Source of the DNA: Aquificaceae bacterium
Lineage (GTDB): Bacteria > Aquificota > Aquificia > Aquificales > Aquificaceae
Assembly: GCA_037925805.1 (NCBI GenBank)
Contig: JAXSOH010000001.1
Location: 27,748 to 84,113 of the forward strand
DNA length: 56,366 nucleotides
Direction: 5' to 3'
Positions within the stretch are counted from its first letter, which is position 1; each line of letters starts with the position of its first letter. Shown one piece after another: positions 11,161 to 21,008 of this stretch. Below the pieces are notes generated by a model. The model saw only the letters and a list, made by a program, of their open reading frames with translations. It searched no databases and was not told where the DNA came from. Both the position numbers and the translations under genes were made by a program.

Positions 11161-12237
11161 ATGTATGAGGAGCATATATATAGGCTTTACAAGGTGAACA
11201 TGAACCTAAAAGAGGATGAGTCTTTGCTCTTACTTACAGACACAGAAAAGGACTATCTTGTGGGTCTAATAGACCAGTTTTTAGAAACCGCAGGGGCTAT
11301 AACTAAAAAAGTAAAACATTTAGTCTATCCTTCCTTGAGAGGGCACGGCAAAGAGCCACCTGAGGAAGTTTGGAGGCTTGCCTTTGGAGATAGGGCGGTA
11401 GATGAGTTAAAGAAAAGGGGACTTTTTGAGAACATACTCCATAAGGAAAACTATTCAGAACCTGAAGCTGTGCAAATACTCAAGGCTTACGCAGAGGATG
11501 TTCCCCAAGTAGTTGTAGCCTTTCCATACTATTCAACCACACACACCTTTTTTAGGAAGTCCCTTACGGAAGGCTTTGGCTGTAGATACGCAAGCATGCC
11601 CCTTTTTGACCCAGAGATGTTTTACGGTCCCATGAATGTGGACTGGGACTATGTGGCAAAACTTAGCCTTGATGTGGCGGATATGCTTTCTGAGGCAGAA
11701 TGGGTTCATGTAGAGACTGAAGCAACAGACATAGAGTTTTCTATCTCAGGAAGAAAAGCTATAGCGGACACAGGTCTTTTCCACCATAGCGGTCAGTATG
11801 GAAACCTGCCTGCAGGCGAAGCCTTTATTGCACCTATAGAGAATTCAGCATTTGGAAAACTAAGCATAACCTACGGTCCTGATAGGAAACTTGAAAGACC
11901 TATAACCCTTAAATTCAAAGGCGGTACAGTGGAGGAGATAGAAGGCTTTGAACCCTATAGAAATTACCTTGAGGAGGTCTTTAAAAGATACGAAAACGCC
12001 AGAATAATCGCAGAGTTTGGTGTTGGAACAAACCCGGGTGCAAGAAGACCTGACAATGTGTTAGAGGCTGAGAAGATTCTCGGCACAGTTCATATAGCCA
12101 TAGGAGATAACCATACCTTTGGTGGTGTGAACAAAGTTTCTTTCCACACCGATTATGTAGTCTTTGAACCCCAAGTAATTATAGGAGGTAAGGGATGGCA
12201 AAAGAAGCTTTTAGAGAAAGGCAGGCTAAGGACCTAA
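11161..12237 (+). CDS. Aminopeptidase, M29/thermophilic metalloprotease-like
   Basis: NLPAGEAF, IAEFGVGTN, EAEKILGTVHIAIG, H-x-D motif. Confidence 0.82.
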   Translation: MYEEHIYRLYKVNMNLKEDESLLLLTDTEKDYLVGLIDQFLETAGAITKKVKHLVYPSLRGHGKEPPEEVWRLAFGDRAVDELKKRGLFENILHKENYSEPEAVQILKAYAEDVPQVVVAFPYYSTTHTFFRKSLTEGFGCRYASMPLFDPEMFYGPMNVDWDYVAKLSLDVADMLSEAEWVHVETEATDIEFSISGRKAIADTGLFHHSGQYGNLPAGEAFIAPIENSAFGKLSITYGPDRKLERPITLKFKGGTVEEIEGFEPYRNYLEEVFKRYENARIIAEFGVGTNPGARRPDNVLEAEKILGTVHIAIGDNHTFGGVNKVSFHTDYVVFEPQVIIGGKGWQKKLLEKGRLRT

Positions 12238-12914
12238 AGTTAGAAGTGCTTAGAAAGGTTCATATTTTTGAAGACCTTTCAGAAGAAGAGCTTAAAGATG
12301 CCCTAAGCTACATGCAAGTTAGGGAATTTAGGAGAAATGAGTATCTTTTCTTTGAAGAGGAGGCAGAGCCTGGAGTTTATATACTTGTGGATGGTTTTAT
12401 AAAGCTTCTAAAGGAGACGCACGATGCAAGGATCGTCATAGTCAGGCTTGTCTATCCGGGTGATATATTTGGTTGGATAGAGTGGGGCAAAAAGGTTCCA
12501 AGAAACACTTATACAGCCAAGGCAATGCTGGAGAGCAAAACACTATACATTTCCAATAAGGACTTTATAAACCTTTCCATAAAGCATCCTGCAGTTGCAA
12601 TAAAGATGACCTGTGAGGCTACCGCCACACTTTTGCATAGCTATGAGACCCTCAAAAGCATAGCAGGTGGTAAAGTAGAGGAGAGGATAGCCAAGGTTCT
12701 ACTTGAAATAGCGGACAGGATAGGTAAAAAATACGAGGATGTTATTGTTATAGATGCACCTCTTACAAGGCTTGATATTGCTGAGATGACGGGGACAACG
12801 GTAGAAACCACAATAAGGGTTATGAGTAAATGGAAAAAGCAGGGGATAATAAACGCAGAGAGGGGCTACATAGAGATAATAAAAAGAAGAGAGTTGGAAA
12901 GACTTGCAGTATGA
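12195..12914 (+). CDS. Crp/Fnr-family transcriptional regulator
   Basis: cNMP-binding beta-roll (PGDIFG) and C-terminal HTH LTRLDIAEMTGTTVETTIR. Confidence 0.92.
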   Translation: MAKEAFRERQAKDLKLEVLRKVHIFEDLSEEELKDALSYMQVREFRRNEYLFFEEEAEPGVYILVDGFIKLLKETHDARIVIVRLVYPGDIFGWIEWGKKVPRNTYTAKAMLESKTLYISNKDFINLSIKHPAVAIKMTCEATATLLHSYETLKSIAGGKVEERIAKVLLEIADRIGKKYEDVIVIDAPLTRLDIAEMTGTTVETTIRVMSKWKKQGIINAERGYIEIIKRRELERLAV

Positions 12915-12984
12915 GCCGGGCGGGATTTGAACCCGCGACCCACGGATTAAAAGTCCGTTGCTCTGCCGACTGAGCTACCGGCTC
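12912..12984 (-). tRNA. tRNA-Lys (TTT)
   Basis: Reverse complement GAGCCGGTAGCTCAG...ACGGA-CTTTTAA-TCCGT...GGTTCAAATCC...CCGGCTCA forms a full cloverleaf; no encoded CCA. Confidence 0.95.
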
Positions 12985-13016
12985 TAAAGCTTGTAATTAT
13001 AACACCCGTTTTATGT

Positions 13017-14402
13017 TTATTCAAGTAGTTTTTCCTTACCTTTACCCCTTAAAATTCTTAGTTCGGACCTTTCAACTGCAAGGTCTCCATCGGGCACATC
13101 CTTGTTTACCACAGAGCCTCCAGCTACAAAGGAATAGCTACCAATCTTTATAGGGGCTATAAGAAGGGCGTTGCTACCTATGAAGGCACCCTTTCCAACA
13201 TGGCTCTGATGTTTTCTCTTCCCGTCAAAGTTTGCAAAGACCACACCAGCACCCACATTTACATCATCCTCAAGGGTTGCATCTCCCATGTAAGCTAAAT
13301 GTTTTGCTCTTACATTCTGCCCAATGAAGGATTTCTTGACTTCCACGAAGTTTCCTATATGGCTACCTTTCCCTATTATGCTGTTTTCTCTTACATGGGC
13401 AAAGGGTCCTATGACAGCCTTAGCTTTTATATGTGAGTCTTTTACTATGGAATAAGGCTCTATCAGTGCCCCCTCTTCTACCTCGGAGTTTTCCAAGATA
13501 CTACCCTTTCCTACAATCACACCTTTGCCAAGCCTTGTATTGCCCCTTAATACAACATCTGGATATATCTCAACGCCATCTTCTAAGACTACCTCAGGCT
13601 CTATCCATACACTTTCTGGTTGGTGTATGGTGTTGCCCTTTTCTGCCCAATCTTGAATTATCCTTAACCTTATTACGTTCTCCGCCAGAGCCAATTCCCA
13701 CCTTGTGTTAACTCCTAAAACTTCTGCTGGATCTTCAGCCATAAAGCTCCTTACGGTATAACCCCTCTGATGCATAAGGTTAAAAACCTCTGTAAGATAG
13801 ACTTCACCTGTTTTAGGGCTGGGTTGGACTTTGAAGAGTTCTTCTATGAGATGGGGGCAGTAGAAAAGGTAGACCCCTCCGTTTATCTCTTTGATGAGTT
13901 TTTCCTCAAAGCTGGCATCTTTTTCCTCTACCACCTTTACCACATTTCCCCTATCGTCCTTTACAACCCTTCCATAACCTGTGGGGTCTGGTAGCTGTGC
14001 GGAGAGCAGTATACCGCTTAGCTTTATACCCTCGTATTCTTCCACCATATGTAGATACCTTTGCATATTTTTGAGGGTTTGTGGTTTTACAAGTGGAGAA
14101 TCTCCGTTTATCACCAAAATATAGCCATCGTAATCTTTCCAAAAGTCAACCGCAGAAAGCACCGCGTCACCAGTTCCACCCTTTGGGTTTGATTGATAAA
14201 AGTAATGGTAAGCATTTCCAAAATAGTTCTTTATCTCTTCCGCCTTATGACCGACAACAAGTGCAATATCTTCAATATGCAAATCTTTCAAAGTTTTTAG
14301 AACATACCAGAGCATAGGTTTGCCAAGTATGTTATGCATAACCTTTGGCTTCTCGCTCTTAAAACGCGTTCCAAGACCTGCAGAGAGAACAAGTGCTCGC
14401 AT
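13017..14402 (-). CDS. glmU: Bifunctional UDP-GlcNAc pyrophosphorylase / GlcN-1-P acetyltransferase
   Basis: LSAGLGTRFKS..PK, GYGRV, hexapeptide repeats, GNFVEVKK. Confidence 0.96.
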   Translation of the reverse strand: MRALVLSAGLGTRFKSEKPKVMHNILGKPMLWYVLKTLKDLHIEDIALVVGHKAEEIKNYFGNAYHYFYQSNPKGGTGDAVLSAVDFWKDYDGYILVINGDSPLVKPQTLKNMQRYLHMVEEYEGIKLSGILLSAQLPDPTGYGRVVKDDRGNVVKVVEEKDASFEEKLIKEINGGVYLFYCPHLIEELFKVQPSPKTGEVYLTEVFNLMHQRGYTVRSFMAEDPAEVLGVNTRWELALAENVIRLRIIQDWAEKGNTIHQPESVWIEPEVVLEDGVEIYPDVVLRGNTRLGKGVIVGKGSILENSEVEEGALIEPYSIVKDSHIKAKAVIGPFAHVRENSIIGKGSHIGNFVEVKKSFIGQNVRAKHLAYMGDATLEDDVNVGAGVVFANFDGKRKHQSHVGKGAFIGSNALLIAPIKIGSYSFVAGGSVVNKDVPDGDLAVERSELRILRGKGKEKLLE

Positions 14403-14411
14403 GGGAATATT

Positions 14412-15203
14412 TTAACCTCTTCCTGCGTCCCTTGCGACGCCTCTCTTTGAAGTTTTTATGAATTCTACCAAGTTTCTAATCTCCCTGTGGTCTCCATATT
14501 CTCTAAGGAGTAGACCTACAGCTTCTTCCTTCAACATACCGCTTCTAAAGAGTGTTCTGTATGCCTTTTTGAGTATGGTTACCGTTTCTTTTGGAAAGCC
14601 TCTCCTCTCAAGTCCAATGGTGTTTATACCGTAAAGATGTGCATGCTGTCCTGACGCTCTTGTGTAGGGTGGTATATCAAGGGAAACTCCAGAAAGACCA
14701 CCAACCATGGCGTAAGCTCCAATCCTTGCCCATTGATGGACTGCGGAAAGCCCTCCTATAAAGGCATACTCTCCAACCTCTACATGTCCTCCAAGGGTAG
14801 CACAGTTTGCCATGATAACTCCCCTTCTCACTATGCAGTCATGGGCCACATGAGAATAAGCCATAAGCATAACATTATCCTCTACCACAGTCTTCATCTT
14901 ATCTATGGCTGTTCCCCTGTGAATGGTAACGTATTCTCTTATTATCACGTTGTTTCCCACTATTACCTCGCTCTCTTCTCCTGCATATTTTAGGTGTTGC
15001 GGTTCGTCCCCCAAAATAGCCCCGTCATGTATCTTGCAGTTTGAACCTATGGAGACCTTTCCCTTTATTGAGACCCTTGCACCTATCCTTGTTCCCTCTC
15101 CCACTACTACCTTACCCTCTATAATGCTGTAAGGGCCAACTTCCACATCATTTCCTAACTCTACCTCACCGATTATTATCGCAGTTGGATGCACTTTTGG
15201 CAT
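14412..15203 (-). CDS. lpxA: UDP-N-acetylglucosamine O-acyltransferase
   Basis: VHPTA, IREYVTIHRGT, HVAHDC, hexapeptide repeats. Confidence 0.96.
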   Translation of the reverse strand: MPKVHPTAIIIGEVELGNDVEVGPYSIIEGKVVVGEGTRIGARVSIKGKVSIGSNCKIHDGAILGDEPQHLKYAGEESEVIVGNNVIIREYVTIHRGTAIDKMKTVVEDNVMLMAYSHVAHDCIVRRGVIMANCATLGGHVEVGEYAFIGGLSAVHQWARIGAYAMVGGLSGVSLDIPPYTRASGQHAHLYGINTIGLERRGFPKETVTILKKAYRTLFRSGMLKEEAVGLLLREYGDHREIRNLVEFIKTSKRGVARDAGRG

Positions 15204-15204
15204 T

Positions 15205-15870
15205 TTAGACCCCCTTTATAAGATATTGCCTAAGCATTTCAAGAGCCCACTGGGTAGCCATAAAGCGGTTCTCGTTCCTGCCACTCTCAAAGATAAACCT
15301 TCTAAGAGCCACCTCTCTGTCTGTGGCAAGGGCTATGTAGGTAAGTCCTACGGGCTTTTGAGCTGTCCCACCTTTTGGTCCAGATATGCCAGTTATGGCA
15401 ATTGCTATGTCTGCATCTGTCTCTTCAAGAGCACCCACAGCCATCTGTCTGCAAACCTCTTCAGAGACAGCACCATATTCTTTTATCAACCTTTCTTCTA
15501 CACCAAGCAGTTTTGTTTTAAGCTCATTAGCATAGACTACAAAACCACCTACAAAGTAATTAGATGACCCAGAAACATTTGCAAGCCTTGCGGACAAAAG
15601 CCCAGCGGTGCAACTTTCCGCAGTAGCAAGCTTTAAGCCCTTTTCCCTTAAAAGCCTCCCCACAACCTCCTCTATGCTTTCTCTTCCTACTGCGTAGACA
15701 AAGTTTCCATACTTTTCCATAAAGGTCTTTAGCTCCCTCTCATCCTTAATAAAAAAGTCAACACCACCAACCCATCTTCTACTTTTATAGTATTCAATGG
15801 CATCCAAACCTATAGTCCTTACTAAAAAACCCTCAAAATCAATACTCTCATCACATAACCCCACCATCAT
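15205..15870 (-). CDS. cinA: CinA C-terminal / nicotinamide-nucleotide amidohydrolase (PncC) family protein
   Basis: TAESCTAG, GAVSEEV, ITGISGPKGG, KPVG. Confidence 0.85.
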   Translation of the reverse strand: MMVGLCDESIDFEGFLVRTIGLDAIEYYKSRRWVGGVDFFIKDERELKTFMEKYGNFVYAVGRESIEEVVGRLLREKGLKLATAESCTAGLLSARLANVSGSSNYFVGGFVVYANELKTKLLGVEERLIKEYGAVSEEVCRQMAVGALEETDADIAIAITGISGPKGGTAQKPVGLTYIALATDREVALRRFIFESGRNENRFMATQWALEMLRQYLIKGV

Positions 15871-17435
15871 GTAAAAGCCTCATACCTGTGGTAAGGATTC
15901 TTCAAAAAGGCACCAATCCTGTGCCCGGGGTCAAAGGGCTGAAACTCTTCGTATTCTGAGGGTATGAGGATAACACCCTCTGCTACGTTTTCTGTAGGAA
16001 TAAGTTCAAAGAAAATATCTCCTATCTGTATGCTATCCCTTAGACCTTTCCTTCTTGCAGTATGCGGGTTTATATAAGCCCTTTGAAACCTTTCCATCTC
16101 ATGGGTCCAGGGGTTCCAATGTCCAAGGTCTTCCACAAGTGTGCTATCTGTATACAAGAAAAGCTCGCTCCTTTGTATGTTATAGTGTTCTGGAAAGCTC
16201 CTTGAAGCTATATCTCCCATCTTAAGGTTCACTTCGCCCTTTGCCTTTAGCTCCTGATAGTATTCAGATTTCTGTAGGTTTACCTTTAGTCCAAGAGCTT
16301 CTCCAAGCACATCCGCAGGATTATAGACATCTTGCGTGTCTATTGTCTTTGGTGAGTATACAAGATAACCAAAGCCATGCCTGTAGTTTATAAAGTCCCT
16401 CTCTTGATACATACTCAAAGCAAAGAGGATATCTGAATAATGGGCTGTAATGTTTGGAAAGACTTGGAAGCTCACCACAAACTTATCCTTGAGGGCTTTT
16501 AGATGCTCTTCCCTTAAATATCTGAAAAGATTTCCTACCACTACAAGGTTCTCAAACTCCTCAAACCTCTTGAAAAACTCTTCCATAGACTTAGCAGTAA
16601 AAGGCATGAGGTCTCCAACAAGGCTGTAGTTGATACCAAACTTCTTTCTAAGCCCAGCAAGAATGGAAAGCAAAGCTTCCCTAAAAGGAGAATTCAAGAG
16701 ATGTGCTCCCACAAGGACAAGGGCACCCCTCATAAGAAACATGCTCTTTTTCACAAACTCCACCTTGCTGTCACCCCTATCGGGTTCAAGAATCGCTTGC
16801 AGAAAATCTATCATATAGTCTGGCTTTAAGAGTAGTCTATCCTTTGCCTTAGCACAAAGCGTTTCATACCTGCTGGAAAGGCAGAAAAGATATGCTCCAC
16901 CTTCTACCGCATCCACTACCCATCGCATTGACATAACCTCAGAAAAAACAGGCTCTGCATCCACAGAGAGTATGAATTTAGCCCTTTTCCAATCAGTAGG
17001 CTTAAGGGTTGAGGGCACAAAGTCCACAACTGGAGCATCCACGAAAACATCCTCTGATAGGCTTTTGGCGAGCAAATAATCCTCAAGTCCTGCCTGCCTA
17101 CCGAGCAAAAAGGCAGTTTTACCCTTTGAGAGTTTTCCCTTTAGAGTTTCAAGTGCTTGAGCATAATCAATAGAAGCAAAATCATCTCCTTTTCTCACAA
17201 AAACACCTTTTAGTCTAATAGGACTACTTGACACTTCCTGTATATAGGCTATACCCTTTGTGCAAAAACTTCCCATACCCCTTGGGTCTGCAGGATGTCC
17301 GTAAAGGTCTACTATCTTGCCTTCCTTCTGATAGAGGATATATCCGCAAGCACATCCACAGCCTGCACAGAAGCCCACTCTTTGGCTGTCAAACTCCTTT
17401 ACCGTGAGAGGTATGTTTGTAGGCTCAAGGTTCAT
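15867..17435 (-). CDS. Molybdopterin-oxidoreductase-like protein with N-terminal 4Fe-4S motif (divergent, short)
   Basis: CAGCGCAC...CTKG Fe4S4 signature; C-terminal INPHTA dinucleotide-binding-like domain; only 522 aa. Confidence 0.7.
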   Translation of the reverse strand: MNLEPTNIPLTVKEFDSQRVGFCAGCGCACGYILYQKEGKIVDLYGHPADPRGMGSFCTKGIAYIQEVSSSPIRLKGVFVRKGDDFASIDYAQALETLKGKLSKGKTAFLLGRQAGLEDYLLAKSLSEDVFVDAPVVDFVPSTLKPTDWKRAKFILSVDAEPVFSEVMSMRWVVDAVEGGAYLFCLSSRYETLCAKAKDRLLLKPDYMIDFLQAILEPDRGDSKVEFVKKSMFLMRGALVLVGAHLLNSPFREALLSILAGLRKKFGINYSLVGDLMPFTAKSMEEFFKRFEEFENLVVVGNLFRYLREEHLKALKDKFVVSFQVFPNITAHYSDILFALSMYQERDFINYRHGFGYLVYSPKTIDTQDVYNPADVLGEALGLKVNLQKSEYYQELKAKGEVNLKMGDIASRSFPEHYNIQRSELFLYTDSTLVEDLGHWNPWTHEMERFQRAYINPHTARRKGLRDSIQIGDIFFELIPTENVAEGVILIPSEYEEFQPFDPGHRIGAFLKNPYHRYEAFT

Positions 17436-17528
17436 TAAGTAAGAGATTATACGACATTTTTCGTAAACTTATCCTACAGACTTTTTGACAGTCAATTTAT
17501 GTTTGACGATTAAACATTATCAAACCAC

Positions 17529-17556
17529 TTGACATTTTCTAAAAAGGGTATATAAT
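17529..17556 (+). promoter_or_regulatory. sigma70-type promoter of the abrB-flgD-flgE operon
   Basis: TTGACA (17529-34), 16 nt, TATAAT (17551-56); 7 nt before the ATG. Confidence 0.7.
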
Positions 17557-17563
17557 CATACCT

Positions 17564-17821
17564 ATGGATGAGGTTGCCAAGATAATGGCAAGAGGATTGG
17601 TGGCACTTCCGAGCGATGTGAGGAAGCGTTTGGGCTTGAAGGAAGGAGACCTTGTAAGAATAGAGGTAAAGGACGACCAGCTCATAATAAAGAAGGAACA
17701 AAGGGTTTACGACCTCAAGGGTAGTCTTCAAGCCCAGCAGGCCCAACAAAAAACCTTCGCCCAGATATTGGCGGAGGAATTTCAGAAACATAAGGGAGGT
17801 AAGAAAGATGGCACAGCTTAG
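17564..17821 (+). CDS. AbrB/MazE/SpoVT-family DNA-binding protein
   Basis: KIMARGLVALPSDVRKRLGLKEGDLV swapped-hairpin signature. Confidence 0.85.
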   Translation: MDEVAKIMARGLVALPSDVRKRLGLKEGDLVRIEVKDDQLIIKKEQRVYDLKGSLQAQQAQQKTFAQILAEEFQKHKGGKKDGTA

Positions 17822-18455
17822 ACCCACAAACCCTTACGATATAAAACCGCCTGAGCCCAAGGTAGTGCCAAGCAACTACACTCAAGGCATGGATAATCTC
17901 TCTTCTGAAGACTTTCTGAAAATATACATGGAGACCCTAAAGTATCAAGACCCTTTCCAACCTCAAGACCTTTCAAAGATGTTGGACGATATGACAAAAC
18001 TAAACCAGGTTAGGTACATGAACGATATGAAGGGCTTTATGGAAGGTCTAAAGGGTTGGTTCAATCAGATTACGCTCCTTTCCAGCCTGAACTTGGTAGG
18101 TAAGGATTTTGTTTTTGCCACAGACAGTATAGACGCACTAAAGGGTGGGCAGTATTATCTTTTGTCTTCACAGGACATAAGGGGTGCTACCCTTAGGATA
18201 ATGGACGGAGATGATGTGATAAAAGAGCTACAAGTAGATATAAACAAAGGACTTAACCCTATTAACATCGACGACCTACCAAGGGGACAATTCAGCATAA
18301 AACTACTTAAGAATGGTATGCCAGTTGATGGTATAAACCTTGGTGTTATGGGTAAGGTAAGGTCTGTTAGTATTTCTGGAAATGAACTGCTTTTTGAGCT
18401 TGAAAATGGAGAGCTTGTCTCTCCTTCAAGACTAATGTATGCAGGAGGGATTTAG
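17808..18455 (+). CDS. flgD: Flagellar hook capping protein
   Basis: DFLKIYMETLKYQDPFQP motif; precedes flgE. Confidence 0.88.
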   Translation: MAQLRPTNPYDIKPPEPKVVPSNYTQGMDNLSSEDFLKIYMETLKYQDPFQPQDLSKMLDDMTKLNQVRYMNDMKGFMEGLKGWFNQITLLSSLNLVGKDFVFATDSIDALKGGQYYLLSSQDIRGATLRIMDGDDVIKELQVDINKGLNPINIDDLPRGQFSIKLLKNGMPVDGINLGVMGKVRSVSISGNELLFELENGELVSPSRLMYAGGI

Positions 18456-18457
18456 CC

Positions 18458-19849
18458 ATGATGAGGAGCTTTTTTAACGCAGTAACGGGCATGAACGCCT
18501 ACAGAACATGGATGGATATAACCGCAGACAATATGGCAAACGTAAACACCATAGGCTTTAAGGGAAGCAGACCACTCTTTCAGGACGTTATATCCTCGGT
18601 CACCATAGGTCTGAATACGGTAACCAACACCATTAAGTCTACCACATACGGAGCGGGTATTTTGGTTGATAGCACGCAAAAGCTTTGGACAATAGGCAAC
18701 TTCAAGCAGACAGGTGTAAACACCGACCTTGCTATACAGGGCAGAGGACTTTTTATAATAAAAGACCCCATTTCTGGAACTAACTACTACACAAGAGATG
18801 GACAGTTCAGGCTCAGCAGGGACGGCTATATGGTTAATTCTGGTGGTTTAAAACTGCAGGGCTTCAGGGTTGATGAAAGGGGAAGAACCGTAGGCACAGG
18901 TCTTGAGGACATTAATGTTATACCTCAGCTTCCACCAAAAGCTACAGGAAGTATAAAGTTCTTAGGACCAACAAATCTAAACTCCTCCTCTCCACCCCCA
19001 TCTGTGGCATTTAACCCAAACAACCCTTCCAGCTACAACTACAAATATACCATAAACATATATGACAGCCTTGGCACTCCATATCAGGCGGACATCTTTT
19101 TTAGAAACTCCACTACAGCGGTCAACACATGGCAGGTATTTCTTAGGGCTGATGTAGACCCAGGAAACGCTGGCTATGAGGTGTCAGGCGACTGGACCAT
19201 AACCTTTGACCCTGCTGGCACACTCATATACGACGATGTCAATGTTATTAGAGAGCCTTCATCTGATGGGCTTAGCTTTGTATATTATCTTAATACCTCC
19301 AATCTTACGGTAGCCTATACAGCCACTACAGGCACAACTACTCCCAGTGGAGGTGTATTTCCTAATATAGGGGATTGGAGGATTATAGTAGGTGAAGAGG
19401 TTCAAGCAATAGCAGGGGGCGTTGGCACTATAATAGACAACTCATACATAACTCAGTATGCTTCAGATTTTATAGTTACCGTGGAGCAGAATGGCTACGC
19501 CAAGGGTGACCTTGTGGATGTCTATGTTCTGTCCGAAGATGGTGCGGTGGTTGGTGTTTATTCCAACGGGAAGTCTCTTCCTCTCTATAGGGTTGGTGTG
19601 GCGGTGTTCTCCGACCCAGAGGAACTTACAAAAAAAGGTTCTAATCTTTACACTTCCATTTCCACACCAACCATAATGACCCCAGGTAGTGCGGAGAAGG
19701 TCAGGTCTGGCATGTTAGAAATGTCAAACGTGGATATAGCCTCTGAGTTTATAAATCTTATATCTGCTCAAAGGGCATATCAGGCAAATACAAGGGTAAT
19801 AACCTCTTCCAATGCAGTGCTTGATGATACAATAAATCTGGTAAGGTAA
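18458..19849 (+). CDS. flgE: Flagellar hook protein
   Basis: DNMANVNTIGFK, DLAIQGRG, YTRDGQF, LEMSNVD, QRAYQAN. Confidence 0.94.
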   Translation: MMRSFFNAVTGMNAYRTWMDITADNMANVNTIGFKGSRPLFQDVISSVTIGLNTVTNTIKSTTYGAGILVDSTQKLWTIGNFKQTGVNTDLAIQGRGLFIIKDPISGTNYYTRDGQFRLSRDGYMVNSGGLKLQGFRVDERGRTVGTGLEDINVIPQLPPKATGSIKFLGPTNLNSSSPPPSVAFNPNNPSSYNYKYTINIYDSLGTPYQADIFFRNSTTAVNTWQVFLRADVDPGNAGYEVSGDWTITFDPAGTLIYDDVNVIREPSSDGLSFVYYLNTSNLTVAYTATTGTTTPSGGVFPNIGDWRIIVGEEVQAIAGGVGTIIDNSYITQYASDFIVTVEQNGYAKGDLVDVYVLSEDGAVVGVYSNGKSLPLYRVGVAVFSDPEELTKKGSNLYTSISTPTIMTPGSAEKVRSGMLEMSNVDIASEFINLISAQRAYQANTRVITSSNAVLDDTINLVR

Positions 19850-19892
19850 CTTAGAAGATGGGCATGGGAGGGAACAAAGGGGTGGGAGGGGG

Positions 19893-21008
19893 TTAAAGAT
19901 TTTCAAAGGACTTAAAAAGCCTCTTTAGGTCATTGTCCGTATGCTTTAGGCTTGCAGTAAGTCTTAGCCTTGCCATGCCTCTGGGAACTGTGGGGTATCT
20001 TATAGCTTGAATAAGTATTCCTTGCTTAAGAAGTCTATCCCTCAAGTCTAATGCTTTGGCTTCCTCGTAAACCATTATGGGCAGAATAGGGGTGTGGTGG
20101 AAGAGAACCTCAAACCTGAATGTAGAGAGCCTGCGGTAGATCAACTCGCTTCTCTCTTTCAGCTTTCTTACCCTCCAGTTTTCTCGCTGGATTATCTCTA
20201 TAGCCTTTCTTGCGCCTGCACATACTGCTGGGGGAAGGGATGTTGAGAAGATAACGCTCCTCGCCCTGTTTACCAGATAATCACACATAGCCTTAGAACC
20301 ACATACAAATGCACCATATGAGCCTATTGCTTTTGATAGCGTTCCCATAACCACTGTATACTCCTCCCAACTCTCTCCAAACTCTTCAAGTCCACCTCTT
20401 CCCGAAGCTCCAAGCACACCCGTCGCATGTGCTTCGTCAAGGTATAGCATACAATCAAAGTCCCTTGCATACCTTTTGAGTGCCTTAATATCCGCTATAT
20501 CTCCATCCATGCTAAAAACCGTATCTGTGGCTATAAGACATCTCCTATAGTTTTTCCTATAACTCCTGAGAAGCTCCTCAAGATGCTGGTAATCTCTGTG
20601 TCTATAAACAAGCACCTTAGCCTTAGAGAGCCTACAGGCATCTATAATGCTTGCATGGTTAAGCTCATCGCTCAGCAAAAGGTCACCCACTCCCACAAGG
20701 GCAGGTATGGTGCCAAGGTTGGCAAGATAACCAGAGCCAAAAAGAACACAGCAGGGCACTGCCTTAAACTCAGACAGTTTGTCTTCAAGGTCTCTGTGAT
20801 GCTTTGTATAGCCAGATACCAGTGCAGAAGCTCCAGAACCAAGCCCGTAATCTTTGAGAACCCTCACACTCTCTTCAATTACCTCAGGATGGTCTCTCAG
20901 TGCGAGGTAGTCATTAGAGCAAAAGTCTAAAAGATCCTCTCTTAGGCTCCTTTGTCTGTATAGGCTTTCAAGCTTGAGCCTTTCAAGCTCCTCTTCTATC
21001 CATTGCAT
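19893..21008 (-). CDS. bioF: 8-amino-7-oxononanoate synthase
   Basis: FCSNDYL, NHASIID, FSMDGD, DEAH, TLSKA (PLP lysine). Confidence 0.93.
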   Translation of the reverse strand: MQWIEEELERLKLESLYRQRSLREDLLDFCSNDYLALRDHPEVIEESVRVLKDYGLGSGASALVSGYTKHHRDLEDKLSEFKAVPCCVLFGSGYLANLGTIPALVGVGDLLLSDELNHASIIDACRLSKAKVLVYRHRDYQHLEELLRSYRKNYRRCLIATDTVFSMDGDIADIKALKRYARDFDCMLYLDEAHATGVLGASGRGGLEEFGESWEEYTVVMGTLSKAIGSYGAFVCGSKAMCDYLVNRARSVIFSTSLPPAVCAGARKAIEIIQRENWRVRKLKERSELIYRRLSTFRFEVLFHHTPILPIMVYEEAKALDLRDRLLKQGILIQAIRYPTVPRGMARLRLTASLKHTDNDLKRLFKSFENL

